Origin: an uncultured Phycisphaeraceae bacterium
GTDB taxonomy: Bacteria; Planctomycetota; Phycisphaerae; UBA1845
Assembly: GCA_964424105.1 (NCBI GenBank)
Contig: CAYRHJ010000028.1
Coordinates: 12,679 to 76,678, forward strand
Direction: 5' to 3'
DNA: 64,000 bases
In this document: positions 9,386 through 18,881 of the stretch, piece after piece
Numbering within the stretch: position 1 is the first letter of the stretch
Layout of the letters: each line of letters opens with the position of its first letter
The notes under the pieces: generated by a model
What the model was told of the DNA's origin: nothing
Database searches by the model: none
What the model saw: only the letters and a program-made list of their open reading frames with translations
Translations under genes and position numbers: made by a program

Positions 9386-9913
9386 TCAGTTCTGGCTGGC
9401 GATCAGCAGTTTCGTGCGACGATTCAATGCGGACGCCCCGCCGTAACCAAACTCTGCAACCAATACCTTGCCTTCCCGATCTATCCAGAATGTTTGCGGA
9501 ACGCCACTCAATTCGAAATCGTCGGTGAACAATGACTGGCCGTTGAGCAACACAGTATGTCGCAGTTTCAAGTCCTTGACAAACGATTCCACGGCTTCCT
9601 TGCTCTCGTCCCAGGCGTTGATGGAAAGGACAACCAGTCCATCATCTTTGTACCTGTCTGCCAGACGGGTCAGGTGCGGAGACTCCGCACGACAAGGCGG
9701 TCACGTCGAGCCGAAGAACGACAGGACCACCGGCCGACCTCGCAACCCGCGGAGCGTGACCTCCTCGCCGTCCATCGACAGAAGTGCGAAATCCGGCGCA
9801 CGTCGCCCTTTCCACTTCTGTTCCAACTGCCGGCTCATCGCGAACGTACACCCGACGGTGGTCAGCAAGCCGGCCGCGCACAAAGCTGACAAAATTGATC
9901 GGTATCGGTTCAT
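9386..9913 (-). CDS. TlpA/peroxiredoxin-like thioredoxin-fold protein with in-frame UGA (probable selenocysteine, UxxC)
   Basis: ORFs 9701..9913 and 9386..9592 are in one frame, separated only by TGA at 9701-9703. Read-through gives APDFALLSMDGEEVTLRGLRGRPVVLSFFGST-U-PPCRAESPHL...GVPQTFWIDREGKV (175 aa), a complete TlpA-like fold. Confidence 0.85.
9674..9703 (-). promoter_or_regulatory. Putative bacterial SECIS element directly 3' of the UGA codon
   Basis: Minus strand reads TGA ccgccttgtc GTGCGGA gtc TCCGCAC: a perfect 7-bp stem with a G-first apical loop 17 nt after the UGA. Confidence 0.7.
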
Positions 9914-10009
9914 CTTCCGCCCTTCAACATGGAAATTCCCGCCCGTCGTCTGGCGTTCAAGAGCGTAACAGAATCCGCGGGAATAGGAAAGTTCGCGTCC
10001 CCGGGCGAA

Positions 10010-11635
10010 TCACATCAGCTTGGCCGCGATCATGGTAATGTCGTCGGACTGCGGCGCATCGCGGCAGAATGACGTGATGGCCTTTCGCATCCGACGAAGG
10101 ACCGCGCCGGGGGCTTCCTCTGCACACTCCAATAGAATGGCCTCCATGCGCGATTCGCCAAACTGGTTCCCCTGCATATCCATTGCTTCGATAACGCCGT
10201 CCGTGTACACGAAGATCAAGCACGGGGCCTGATCAAACTCGAATTCCGTCGCCGTGTAATGCACGCCGGGCGCAATGCCCAGGGGATATTCCGGCTCCGA
10301 CTGTTGCGGGATCGCTCGGACGTTGCCTCCACTGACGATGTGCGGCAAATGATGCCCCGCGGACACGTAGATGAGCCGACGCGCCCGCGGATCGATGATG
10401 CCCGCCAAACACGTCACAAACTTGGATACGTCCGTATTGGAATACATCAACTCGTTCCATCGGCCCACCACCACGCCCAAGTCCTCGCACGTCGGCAAGG
10501 TCATTCGCACCGCCGCCTGCAAATTGGACATCAAGAGCGAGGCAGCCACGCCCTTGCCCGAAACGTCGGCAATCAGAAACGCGATTCGCCCATCCGGTCG
10601 ATGAATGATGTCGTAGTAGTCGCCGCTGACGGTTCGACCCGGCTCATTGATGGCGGCCAGGTTAATCCCATTCGATTCGGGCAATTCTCGTGGAAAAAGC
10701 TGCTGCTGAATCTCTCGCGCCACGGCGAGTTCAGCCTCCATGGCCAATCGCTCCTTTTGTGATTCCAGGAGTCGGGCGTTGATCAAACCGATGGCCACCT
10801 GCCGAGCGATGCCCGCGAAAAAATCAACGTCTTCCTTGGAATAAGTCGTCCCACGAGAGACCTGATCCCCGTAGATCACGCCTAGGATTTCCTCCTCCGA
10901 CTTCATCGGCACGCACATGGCCGATCGTATTCCGTGCTGAACCATGCTCACCGTGGGGTCGATCGGGCCTCCGCTGTCGGCGATGATGGCCCGTTCACCG
11001 TGATCCAGCGCCCGGCCCAGGATCGTTCGGCTGATGGTGAGTTCACCGCTCGTTCCCCGCAGATTGCGTACGACGGGCCAATCGATCCCCCGACTGCCTT
11101 GCTTGCGGACCCCGATGCACCCGCGCTCGAAACGAAGCGTTTCAAAACAAATGTCCAAGGCGTCTTCAAGCAGAACATGCTGGTCGCGAAGAGACGTCAG
11201 ACGCTCGCTGAGGTCGTACAACATCTGCAATCGCCGCTCGGTAAGCACCAACGATTCACTTCGCGACGTGTAATGGGTCGTGTCCTCCCGGCCTCTTCCG
11301 TCCTCAACGACCACCGTGCTGGGACGCTGCAACGTGTCACCGTGAAACTGCGCTTCCACCGAACCGATCAGTATCACGTCCTGATGATTCAGTTTCGCGC
11401 TTTGAACAGCCTGGTTATTGACCAGCGTCCCGTTCTTGCTGCCCAAGTCCTCGATGTAGAAAAGTCCGTTCTCGCAATGAAGTCGAACGTGACGACGAGA
11501 CGCACTGGAGTCGTCCAGAACCAGGTCGCAACTGGGGTCGCGGCCAACAAGATATGATCCGGCTCCCAACTCAAATGTTTGAGTTCTGCCGTCGGTTAAT
11601 GTGACGATTAATTGTGCCATCGATCTCGGAACCAA
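10010..11635 (-). CDS. FHA-GAF-PP2C (SpoIIE-type) Ser/Thr phosphatase
   Basis: FHA (VGRDPSCD..SRRH..DLGSKNGT), central GAF, and C-terminal SGDYYD, DVSGKG, YTDGVIE, DDIT motifs. Confidence 0.92.
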   Translation of the reverse strand: MVPRSMAQLIVTLTDGRTQTFELGAGSYLVGRDPSCDLVLDDSSASRRHVRLHCENGLFYIEDLGSKNGTLVNNQAVQSAKLNHQDVILIGSVEAQFHGDTLQRPSTVVVEDGRGREDTTHYTSRSESLVLTERRLQMLYDLSERLTSLRDQHVLLEDALDICFETLRFERGCIGVRKQGSRGIDWPVVRNLRGTSGELTISRTILGRALDHGERAIIADSGGPIDPTVSMVQHGIRSAMCVPMKSEEEILGVIYGDQVSRGTTYSKEDVDFFAGIARQVAIGLINARLLESQKERLAMEAELAVAREIQQQLFPRELPESNGINLAAINEPGRTVSGDYYDIIHRPDGRIAFLIADVSGKGVAASLLMSNLQAAVRMTLPTCEDLGVVVGRWNELMYSNTDVSKFVTCLAGIIDPRARRLIYVSAGHHLPHIVSGGNVRAIPQQSEPEYPLGIAPGVHYTATEFEFDQAPCLIFVYTDGVIEAMDMQGNQFGESRMEAILLECAEEAPGAVLRRMRKAITSFCRDAPQSDDITMIAAKLM

Positions 11636-11759
11636 GAACGCCTAACAATTTCAGAGCCGCGACTGTCAGGGAGCGGTCTTCCGATCTATTCGGAGGGCCG
11701 TTCGACCACTTTGTCAGACTCTCTAATCCAAACGCCGGAAAGACCGCTCGGTGGCCATG

Positions 11760-12074
11760 TCAGGTGTTCACCCTGTTCGAGAGCGTTTTACTGTCGCAAG
11801 CGCACACCAATCGACCGCAACCCGGACAGCCGGATCCGAATTTCTCGGTCGCCGCATCGGTCAGATCCACGCCTTCCACGTTTGCCAAGGTCACCAACCA
11901 GGCTAACACATCCGCGAATTCGCCCGATTTTTCCTCGTGCGTACCCTCGGCGATGGCTTGGGCCAGTTCACCCACCTCCTCAACAAACCATAGAAACGTC
12001 CCCGCCGATCCCCGGGCGCGGTCCTTCGCGGAATACATCGTTTCAATCAATTGCTGAAAATCACGGATTTCCAA
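11760..12074 (-). CDS. MazG-like nucleotide pyrophosphohydrolase with C-terminal Cys cluster
   Basis: WFVEEVGELAQAI and EFADVLAWL motifs; CPGCGRLVCAC tail. TTG at 12074 with GAGGA RBS is preferred over the 12320 ORF start. Confidence 0.88.
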   Translation of the reverse strand: MEIRDFQQLIETMYSAKDRARGSAGTFLWFVEEVGELAQAIAEGTHEEKSGEFADVLAWLVTLANVEGVDLTDAATEKFGSGCPGCGRLVCACDSKTLSNRVNT

Positions 12075-12400
12075 CGCCCATCCTCGCCAATGACCACCCG
12101 CCTCGCCGACCAATGTCAATGAACCAGTATACCGAACTGTTGCGAAGGCTGCACGCATCGCCCATTCCCTAATGGCCGTCCACGATTGTCGAACGCCAAC
12201 GGCGCCGAAACGGGCATCATCAAGTGTATCAAATTGTCGAGCCATGGATTTTCCTGGATCGAAGCGCAGACGTGATTTTCGCCGGTCGGTACAATCAACG
12301 GCACACTCGGGCGCCGACAACGCTGATCTGACATGATGAACGGCTGGCGAGGGTCCGCCGGTTCGAAATTCTGGGCATCAGAAAAAGGAGCTAGTTTCAT

Positions 12401-12880
12401 ATGGCAGTCAAACCAATCCCCGATGGATTCCACACCGTCACCCCACACCTGGTAATCAAGGACGCAGCAGCCGCGATCGACTTCTACAAGAAAGCGTTCG
12501 GCGCCGAGGAAATCGCCAGGATGCCAGGCCCCGGTGGACAGGGCGTCATGCACGCCGAAATCAAAATCGGCGACTCCATGATCATGATGTGCGACGAGTT
12601 TCCCGGCATGGACAATCCCAAGTCACCGAAATCGCTCAACGGAACCACCATCACATTGATGTTATACGTCAAAGACGTAGACAGTGCGTTTCAACGCGCC
12701 GTCGGTGCGGGCGCCACCGTGAGCATGCCCGTGACTGACATGTTCTGGGGAGACCGTTACGGAAAGGTCAGCGATCCGTTCGGCCACGAGTGGGCCATCG
12801 CCACCCACAAAGAAGACCTGACACTCGAGGAAATCGGCAAGCGGGCAGCCGAATTTTTCAGTCACGGCGCCGGTTGTTAA
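12401..12880 (+). CDS. VOC/glyoxalase family protein (PhnB-like)
   Basis: VTPHLVIKDAAAAIDFYKKAFGA, MHAEIKIGDS, DMFWGDRYGKVSDPFGHEW; AAGGAG RBS. Confidence 0.92.
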   Translation: MAVKPIPDGFHTVTPHLVIKDAAAAIDFYKKAFGAEEIARMPGPGGQGVMHAEIKIGDSMIMMCDEFPGMDNPKSPKSLNGTTITLMLYVKDVDSAFQRAVGAGATVSMPVTDMFWGDRYGKVSDPFGHEWAIATHKEDLTLEEIGKRAAEFFSHGAGC

Positions 12881-12915
12881 ACCTGATGCAGTTAATCATG
12901 CTGCTTGCATCTTGA

Positions 12916-13145
12916 CAGAGGGAGCGGTCTCCTGATCTGTTCGTACAATTTCAGATCCGCGACCAAGTCTTTTACGAGCCGCGAGCGCAAAGCGAGCGGT
13001 CTAACAATTTCAGAGCCGCGTCGGGTGGCCCACCTCCTTGGGAGGTGGGGGACCCGATGACCATAGCGTGTGCCCAAATGTCGCGCGCCTTGTAAACGGC
13101 CGGGTGGCCCACCTCCTTTGGAGGTGGGGGACCCGAGATGACAAT
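12916..13145. repeat. Composite cluster of REP-like palindromes (BIME-like)
   Basis: Contains gagccgcgagcgcaaagcgagcggtc (12976), two aatttcaga(t/g)ccgcg copies and two cccacctcc-tt(t/g)-ggaggtggg palindromes (about 13022 and 13102); the latter recurs at about 61060. Confidence 0.75.
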
Positions 13146-13202
13146 TGGGTTGGGCGCTTTAGCTCGCACAACATGGAAAAGACGATGATCCGACGCGGTA
13201 GG

Positions 13203-13832
13203 TTACTGAATAGCGTTGTATTCGTCGGGCGTGTTGATGTTTCGAATGACCGCCGGCGATCGGCACGACACCGTTTCGATCATGTCGCTGTGACGTTCCA
13301 ACAAACCTTGCAGCCCCCGGTCGCAGGCGATGGAATGAACGAACGTCGACAGGCACTTCGGAAAGATCATCGGGTGTCCGCGCCGGCCCAGGTGTGACGC
13401 GACGATGATACGGTTGGGATCGCGGCGAAATGTGGCCAGGCAAGCTTCAAAATCGTCGGGGCTGATGCCGGGCTGGTCGGCGGGCAATATCAAAAAACCG
13501 TCGGCGGCTCGCAGCGAGACATGTTCGCCCCACGACAGCAGGCCAAGCCGAACCGAGTCGATCATCTCCGTGGCTGCGTCGTTATTGAAACAGATGATAA
13601 GGTCGCGTCGATTGGACAGATCGAGCGACCGGGCAATCTGATCATGGGTCACCACGACGATCCCATTGATGCTCGTCGTCGCCAAGCCATCCAATACAGC
13701 CGACAACATGGGCTTGGCGTTGAATTCGAGCAGTTGTTTCGATCGACCCATCCGTCGCGACCGACCCGCGGCCGGCACGATGCCATACACACGTGGCGCT
13801 GATTCGCGTGGGTCAGGGTTGGTTGACGGCAT
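13203..13832 (-). CDS. mocA: Molybdenum cofactor cytidylyltransferase (MocA/YgfJ-like nucleotidyltransferase)
   Basis: GIVPAAGRSRRMGRSKQLL, LPADQPGI, GHPMIF and NINTPDEY motifs; sits in a molybdoenzyme cluster. Confidence 0.82.
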   Translation of the reverse strand: MPSTNPDPRESAPRVYGIVPAAGRSRRMGRSKQLLEFNAKPMLSAVLDGLATTSINGIVVVTHDQIARSLDLSNRRDLIICFNNDAATEMIDSVRLGLLSWGEHVSLRAADGFLILPADQPGISPDDFEACLATFRRDPNRIIVASHLGRRGHPMIFPKCLSTFVHSIACDRGLQGLLERHSDMIETVSCRSPAVIRNINTPDEYNAIQ

Positions 13833-15822
13833 GTAACGACGCATTGATTTGATTGACCCGGCCCATGTCCAGAACGCCGGACAGGAGATGGCGCAAGGTA
13901 TGATAAACGAGCATGTTCACGCGGTGCGCGCCGATCCCGTCCGACAAGTTCGTAACTGAATGGACGCGGTGCTCGACGCGGGTCAGCGTGACCTCGACCA
14001 CGCCATCTGCGAAGACATACACACCCTGTCGATGCGCCAGGCGATATTCCCGCCCCAGAATCCGGCCTCGGATCCACGGGTCATCGCCATCATACCCTAC
14101 AATAAATCCGTCGCGCGGCGCGGCCCGTTCCCAGGATTCCACCGAACCGAAAAAGCTGGGCTTTTTTATGTATGGCCCACCGTATTCAGGGCAAAACGTG
14201 TCGCAATTCCCGCATTCATTGCAAAAATCGGCGTAACACGCGATTTGCATGTTCTCCTTGATTTCAAATGTTCTAGCCTCGGCATATCCATGTTGGCCCG
14301 ATGGTTCTATCAGCAGATCCCTACATTCCAGCGATATAACCGGTGTGGGGTACGTGAAATTGGCGCCGTTCGGACAAACCGGAATGCATTTATCGCAGGT
14401 GATGCAATCGAACGTATTCAATGTAGATTCAATTCGTTTCGGAATTCGAATATTTTGTTCCGCCCGATAACGTGGGTCCTCGCGAACCTGCCGAGCAACA
14501 ATCGACGTATTTTCCAGCCCGATTTGCTGCACGTCATTTTCATTGGTGTCGATTTTTGACGTTCGCGACGCGGCGAAACGCTTGAAAATGAACTCCGTCC
14601 ACGATTTGGCCGCCACGTTTTCCATGGCCGCGGTTAAACGTGCCAGATAGGACGAAATTCGCCCGTAGCCGCCCGGTCGAAGCCAATCGGTGCTGACGGT
14701 GATGGGGACAAAACCGCAAGCGACAGCGTCAGCGAAATTTTTGGCATCGACACCGGCGCTGAACGAAATTGGCACTTCCGCGCCGACGGCGCGACGAAAT
14801 TCGTCCGTCAACGCCATGGTTATGACGTGAAGCGGCTGGCCTGACAAATACATGATTTCGTTATCGGACGTGAAGAATTCTCGGTGGTTGGTGACCTCCA
14901 AAGTGTTGCTGAATTTGAACCCGACATGCCTGCTGTGCCGCCGGCTGAATCGAGTCAGGCGGTCGCATAGCTGAATCGATTCATCCATCGGCATGACGGC
15001 GTCGTAGGCTTTGGGGTTCACGCGAATGGAATGATATCCCAAGACGTCATGCAGCAGGTGTTCGAGACGTTCTTTTCCAAGCGTCGGCGGGTTCATCTTC
15101 ACTATGACATGGACGTCGTGTTCGGCGATCAGAAATTCGCAGATGCGCTCGATTTCGTCGGCGGGGCATCCGTGAAAGGTGGACAGGGTAATGCTGTCGG
15201 AAATGTTCGTGGTGTAGTCCATGTCCCGCGCGGATGCGAACGCACGGGGAATTTCGCTTCGCAGCTTGTCCACCAGACGGGCGGCGTCTTTCATTCCGTG
15301 GATGAATCTGCGGACCTTGTCGCCCTTGATGCCGGCGAAATCGTAGCCCACGCTCATGTCATAGATCACGTCGCCGGCGAGGCCGGCCGTCGCGTGGGAC
15401 GCGTATTCGGGGTGCGATCGAAACATTTTGATCAACATGGATCCGGCGACGTATTCACGCAGCGAATCATCGATAGCAAGCTCCTGTGACCATTCGACGT
15501 TGTATCCCACGTTGGTCATGTCGATGCAGGGGCGGGGAATGACCAGTTGGTCATTGACCTGAACGGTTTTCAGTTCCAGGATACGGGCGCCGCCCACGTA
15601 GCTGAGCAGCAGATTTTGGGCCATCTGGGTGTGCGGTCCGGCTGCGGGACCGAGCGGATTGCCCGCCGGCTGGTCGTGAAAGGTCACGGAAAGATCGGGG
15701 GCTGATGGATCGCGGGCGTGCCAGTTTCGTCGGGGCAGGTCAAAAACCGTTCCCTGGATGGCCGGTTCACGGTACAGACGAGTCACCAGATCAGCGAAAG
15801 GTGCGGGGATGAGTTCCGCCAT
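13813..15822 (-). CDS. ygfK: YgfK-like oxidoreductase (short form: TIM-barrel plus 4Fe-4S dicluster)
   Basis: GPAAGPHTQMAQN, ELKTVQ, TLSTFHGCP and YLSGQPL motifs typical of YgfK; CITCDKCIPVCP and CNECGNCDTFCP ferredoxin motifs; 669 aa. Confidence 0.75.
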   Translation of the reverse strand: MAELIPAPFADLVTRLYREPAIQGTVFDLPRRNWHARDPSAPDLSVTFHDQPAGNPLGPAAGPHTQMAQNLLLSYVGGARILELKTVQVNDQLVIPRPCIDMTNVGYNVEWSQELAIDDSLREYVAGSMLIKMFRSHPEYASHATAGLAGDVIYDMSVGYDFAGIKGDKVRRFIHGMKDAARLVDKLRSEIPRAFASARDMDYTTNISDSITLSTFHGCPADEIERICEFLIAEHDVHVIVKMNPPTLGKERLEHLLHDVLGYHSIRVNPKAYDAVMPMDESIQLCDRLTRFSRRHSRHVGFKFSNTLEVTNHREFFTSDNEIMYLSGQPLHVITMALTDEFRRAVGAEVPISFSAGVDAKNFADAVACGFVPITVSTDWLRPGGYGRISSYLARLTAAMENVAAKSWTEFIFKRFAASRTSKIDTNENDVQQIGLENTSIVARQVREDPRYRAEQNIRIPKRIESTLNTFDCITCDKCIPVCPNGANFTYPTPVISLECRDLLIEPSGQHGYAEARTFEIKENMQIACYADFCNECGNCDTFCPEYGGPYIKKPSFFGSVESWERAAPRDGFIVGYDGDDPWIRGRILGREYRLAHRQGVYVFADGVVEVTLTRVEHRVHSVTNLSDGIGAHRVNMLVYHTLRHLLSGVLDMGRVNQINASLHAVNQP

Positions 15823-15965
15823 GGGTTATGGCCTCTTGAATTCTATGACGGGACTTTCGCTCCGCAACGCAGCGGGTCAGACTCGCGGGATTGTTTTTTC
15901 ATCGTTTTTTGGCTGCGTTGGCGATACGATATAGTGTTTTCGACGAATCGTAAATCGGGCGTTTA

Positions 15966-18668
15966 ATGAGCATCAAGCCAAAAACCACGAACGCATCCAC
16001 GACCGCGGCCACGGTTTCATTCACGCTGAACGGTCAATCGACGCTGGTCACGCCCGCGGCCGGTCAGTCTTTGCTGGACGTCTTGCGTGATGACCTGGAT
16101 GTCATTTCTCCCAAGAACGGATGTCAACCGCAGGCCCAATGCGGATGCTGCACGGTTCTGGTGGATGGCAAGGCGCGGCTGGCGTGCGTCATGACGCCGC
16201 AACAGGCGGCGGACAAGCGCGTGGTCACGCTGGAGGGATTGCCGGTCGAAACTCGATCGGACATCGCGGAATGTTTTGTCCGGGCGGGGGGCGTGCAGTG
16301 CGGATTTTGCATTCCGGGCATCGCGATGCGTGCCCACGCCCTGCTCGACCGCCATCCGAACCCCACGCGAAATGAAATCGCGCACGACCTTCGCGCCCAT
16401 CTGTGCCGTTGCACCGGTTATACGAAAATCCTCGACGCGATTGAATTGTTGGCCAAGGTTCGCCGCGGCGAGGCCATGCCAAAACCGCAGATCAGCGGCC
16501 AAGTGGGCACGCGGCTGGATCGATATCGTGGACAGGAATTCGTCCTGGGTGATTTTGCCTACGTGGATGACATCAAAATAGAAGGCGGGTGTTACGCGGC
16601 GATGCGGTTCAGCGATCATCCGCGGGCCACGGTGCGGCGCATCGATTCGACGTCGGCGTTGAATCTGCCCGGCGTGGAGCGCGTGATCACCGCGGCGGAC
16701 GTGCCCGGCCAGCGATACGTCGGGCTGATCAAGTCTGATTGGCCGGTGTTGGTGGCGATCGGCGAGGAGACGCGTTGCGTCGGCGATATCATCGCCATCA
16801 CTGTCGCGGTCACACAGCGAATCGCCCGCGAGGCGGCTGCTCGAATCAGCGTTGACTACGACGTTCTGACGCCGATCACGACACCTGAAGACGGGCTGAA
16901 ATCCGGCGCTGCCAAGATTCACCCCGGCGGGAATCTATTGTCCCGATCCGCCATCGCGCGCGGTGACGTCGAATCCGCGTTGGCGGCATCCGCCCACGTG
17001 GTGGAAGACACCTATTCGACCCAGATGATCGAGCACATGTTTCTGGAGCCGGAATCGTGCATCGCCTTGCCCATCGAGCGAACCAACGGCCACGACGATG
17101 GCCATGATAGCAATGGCAGCATGCGGCTTCGCGTGTTGAGTCAAGGCCAGGGTGTGTTCGACGATCAGCGACAGATCGCATCGGTTCTGGGTTGGGAACG
17201 TGACCGCGTGCATGTCGAGTTGGTGTCCAATGGCGGCGCTTTCGGCGGCAAGGAGGACATGAGCATTCAGGGGCAGGTGGCGTTGGCGGCGGCCCTTTGC
17301 AACCGGCCCGTCAAGAGTACGTTGACCCGCGAGGAGAGTTTTCGACTGCATCCCAAACGTCATCCGGTGACGATCGCTATCAAGGTGGGCTGCGATGATC
17401 GGGGTTGTATTTCCGCGGTTCGGGCCCGGATCATCGGGGACAAGGGCGCCTACGCATCGGTGGGGGCCAAGGTGCTGGAACGGGCTGCGGGTCACGCGTG
17501 CGGGCCATACCGCGTTCCCAATGTCGATGTCGAATCGCTGGCTGTCTACACGAACAATCCGCCTTGTGGGGCCATGCGCGGTTTCGGCGCGAATCAAGCC
17601 GCGTTTGCCATTGAAGGATGTTTGGACAAGCTAGCGAAGAAGGTGGGGATTGACGGGTGGGAGATTCGCTGGCGAAACGTGCTTGAGCAGGGTGATGCAT
17701 TTTGCACGGGTCAGCGCCTGACCAAACCGTTTGGCCTCAAGAAGACGCTGGAGGCGGTCAAGGATGTTTATCGCGGTGCGAAGTATGCGGGCATTGCCTG
17801 TGGAATCAAGAACGTGGGCATCGGAAACGGGATGCCGGACATTGGAAAGGCCCTGTTGAAGGTTGAATCCGCCGGCCGCGTGACCATTCGCACCGGGTTT
17901 ACGGAAATGGGGCAGGGTTATTTTACGGTTTGCATTCAGGCTGCGTGCGAAGAGACCGGATTGCCGCCCGACGTGTTCGAACCGCTGACCGATACGTTGG
18001 CCGACGTGGATTGCGGACAGACGACTGCCAGCCGGGCGACGGTGCTGGGCGGGCTGGCGATTCAGGAGGCAGCCCGTGCGCTGAAGCAGGACCTTGATGC
18101 GGGGCGGTCGTTGGTTGATCTGGTGGGGCGGGAATATCGCGGGGAGTATGCTTGCACGTACACCAGCAAGCCGGGCGCGGACGTCCCAGACCCGAAGACC
18201 CACCTGACCTATGGATTTGCCACGCAGGTGGTCATCCTGGACGACGATGGTCGGGTCAGCAAGGTGGTGGCGGCGCACGACGTCGGACGGGTCATCAATC
18301 CGACGCTGCTGGAAGGGCAAATGGAAGGGTCCATCCACATGGGGTTGGGGTACGCGCTGACGGAGGACTTCGTCGTGGAGGGTGGCCTGGTACAAAGCAA
18401 GGACATCAAGTCGCTGGGGGTGTTGCGAGCGCATCACATGCCGGAAATCGAATTGATATTTGTGGAGGAACCGGATCCAGAGACAGCCTACGGGGCGCGG
18501 GGGGTCGGTGAAATCGGCCTGGTGCCGACTGCGCCCGCGGTGGCGGGGGCGTTGGCGTCGTTCGACGGCATCCATCGCACGCGACTGCCAATGAAAGATT
18601 CGCCGGCGGCCCAAGCCATATTGAATCCGCGATGGAAGCCGTCCAACGGGCGGCAGACGAGTTATTGA
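15966..18668 (+). CDS. xdh: Selenium-dependent xanthine dehydrogenase-type molybdoenzyme (fused 2x[2Fe-2S] and Mo domain)
   Basis: CGCCTV, CGFCIPG and CRCTGY FeS motifs; GGAFGGKEDMSIQ, AMRGFG, GIACGIKNVGIGNG and GVGEIG. Single-chain layout without an FAD domain matches the Se-dependent XDH family as I recall it. Confidence 0.8.
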   Translation: MSIKPKTTNASTTAATVSFTLNGQSTLVTPAAGQSLLDVLRDDLDVISPKNGCQPQAQCGCCTVLVDGKARLACVMTPQQAADKRVVTLEGLPVETRSDIAECFVRAGGVQCGFCIPGIAMRAHALLDRHPNPTRNEIAHDLRAHLCRCTGYTKILDAIELLAKVRRGEAMPKPQISGQVGTRLDRYRGQEFVLGDFAYVDDIKIEGGCYAAMRFSDHPRATVRRIDSTSALNLPGVERVITAADVPGQRYVGLIKSDWPVLVAIGEETRCVGDIIAITVAVTQRIAREAAARISVDYDVLTPITTPEDGLKSGAAKIHPGGNLLSRSAIARGDVESALAASAHVVEDTYSTQMIEHMFLEPESCIALPIERTNGHDDGHDSNGSMRLRVLSQGQGVFDDQRQIASVLGWERDRVHVELVSNGGAFGGKEDMSIQGQVALAAALCNRPVKSTLTREESFRLHPKRHPVTIAIKVGCDDRGCISAVRARIIGDKGAYASVGAKVLERAAGHACGPYRVPNVDVESLAVYTNNPPCGAMRGFGANQAAFAIEGCLDKLAKKVGIDGWEIRWRNVLEQGDAFCTGQRLTKPFGLKKTLEAVKDVYRGAKYAGIACGIKNVGIGNGMPDIGKALLKVESAGRVTIRTGFTEMGQGYFTVCIQAACEETGLPPDVFEPLTDTLADVDCGQTTASRATVLGGLAIQEAARALKQDLDAGRSLVDLVGREYRGEYACTYTSKPGADVPDPKTHLTYGFATQVVILDDDGRVSKVVAAHDVGRVINPTLLEGQMEGSIHMGLGYALTEDFVVEGGLVQSKDIKSLGVLRAHHMPEIELIFVEEPDPETAYGARGVGEIGLVPTAPAVAGALASFDGIHRTRLPMKDSPAAQAILNPRWKPSNGRQTSY

Positions 18669-18734
18669 ACTTTGAATGGTTAATTGAACGATGATGGTCG
18701 TTTCCGCGAAGGCGTGGAGTTGCAAGAAGATTTC

Positions 18735-18862
18735 CTGGACCCCGGCTTTCGCCGGGGTGACGCATGCGGGCGGAACGCATTATCTAGATTCCGGCGTTGG
18801 CCGGGGTGACGCATGCGGGCGGAACGCATTATCTAGATTCCGGCGTTGGCCGGGGTGACGCG
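18735..18862. repeat. 49-bp tandem repeat grown from a REP-like palindrome
   Basis: gccggggtgacgcatgcgggcggaacgcattatctagattccggcgttg starts at 18751 and 18800, with a partial third copy at 18849; preceded by ccccggctttcgccgggg. Confidence 0.85.
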
Positions 18863-18881
18863 TTGGGGGGGGTGACGGTTC

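Noticed and set aside
8588-9535. 315-aa plus-strand ORF, and other long opposite-strand ORFs (e.g. 16017..16922, 17631..18725, 24405..25349, 50834..51958, 55022..56404, 58746..59582)
   Set aside because: Antisense shadows of well-supported genes, expected in high-GC DNA; no recognisable motifs.
9386-9913. Nonsense pseudogene or two separate small ORFs
   Set aside because: The stop is TGA exactly at the redox Cys, both halves retain family motifs, and a SECIS-like hairpin follows, so recoding is the better explanation (pending a sel gene check).
12075-12320. N-terminal extension on the MazG-like protein
   Set aside because: Not protein-like; a TTG start with RBS at 12074 gives a normal-length protein.
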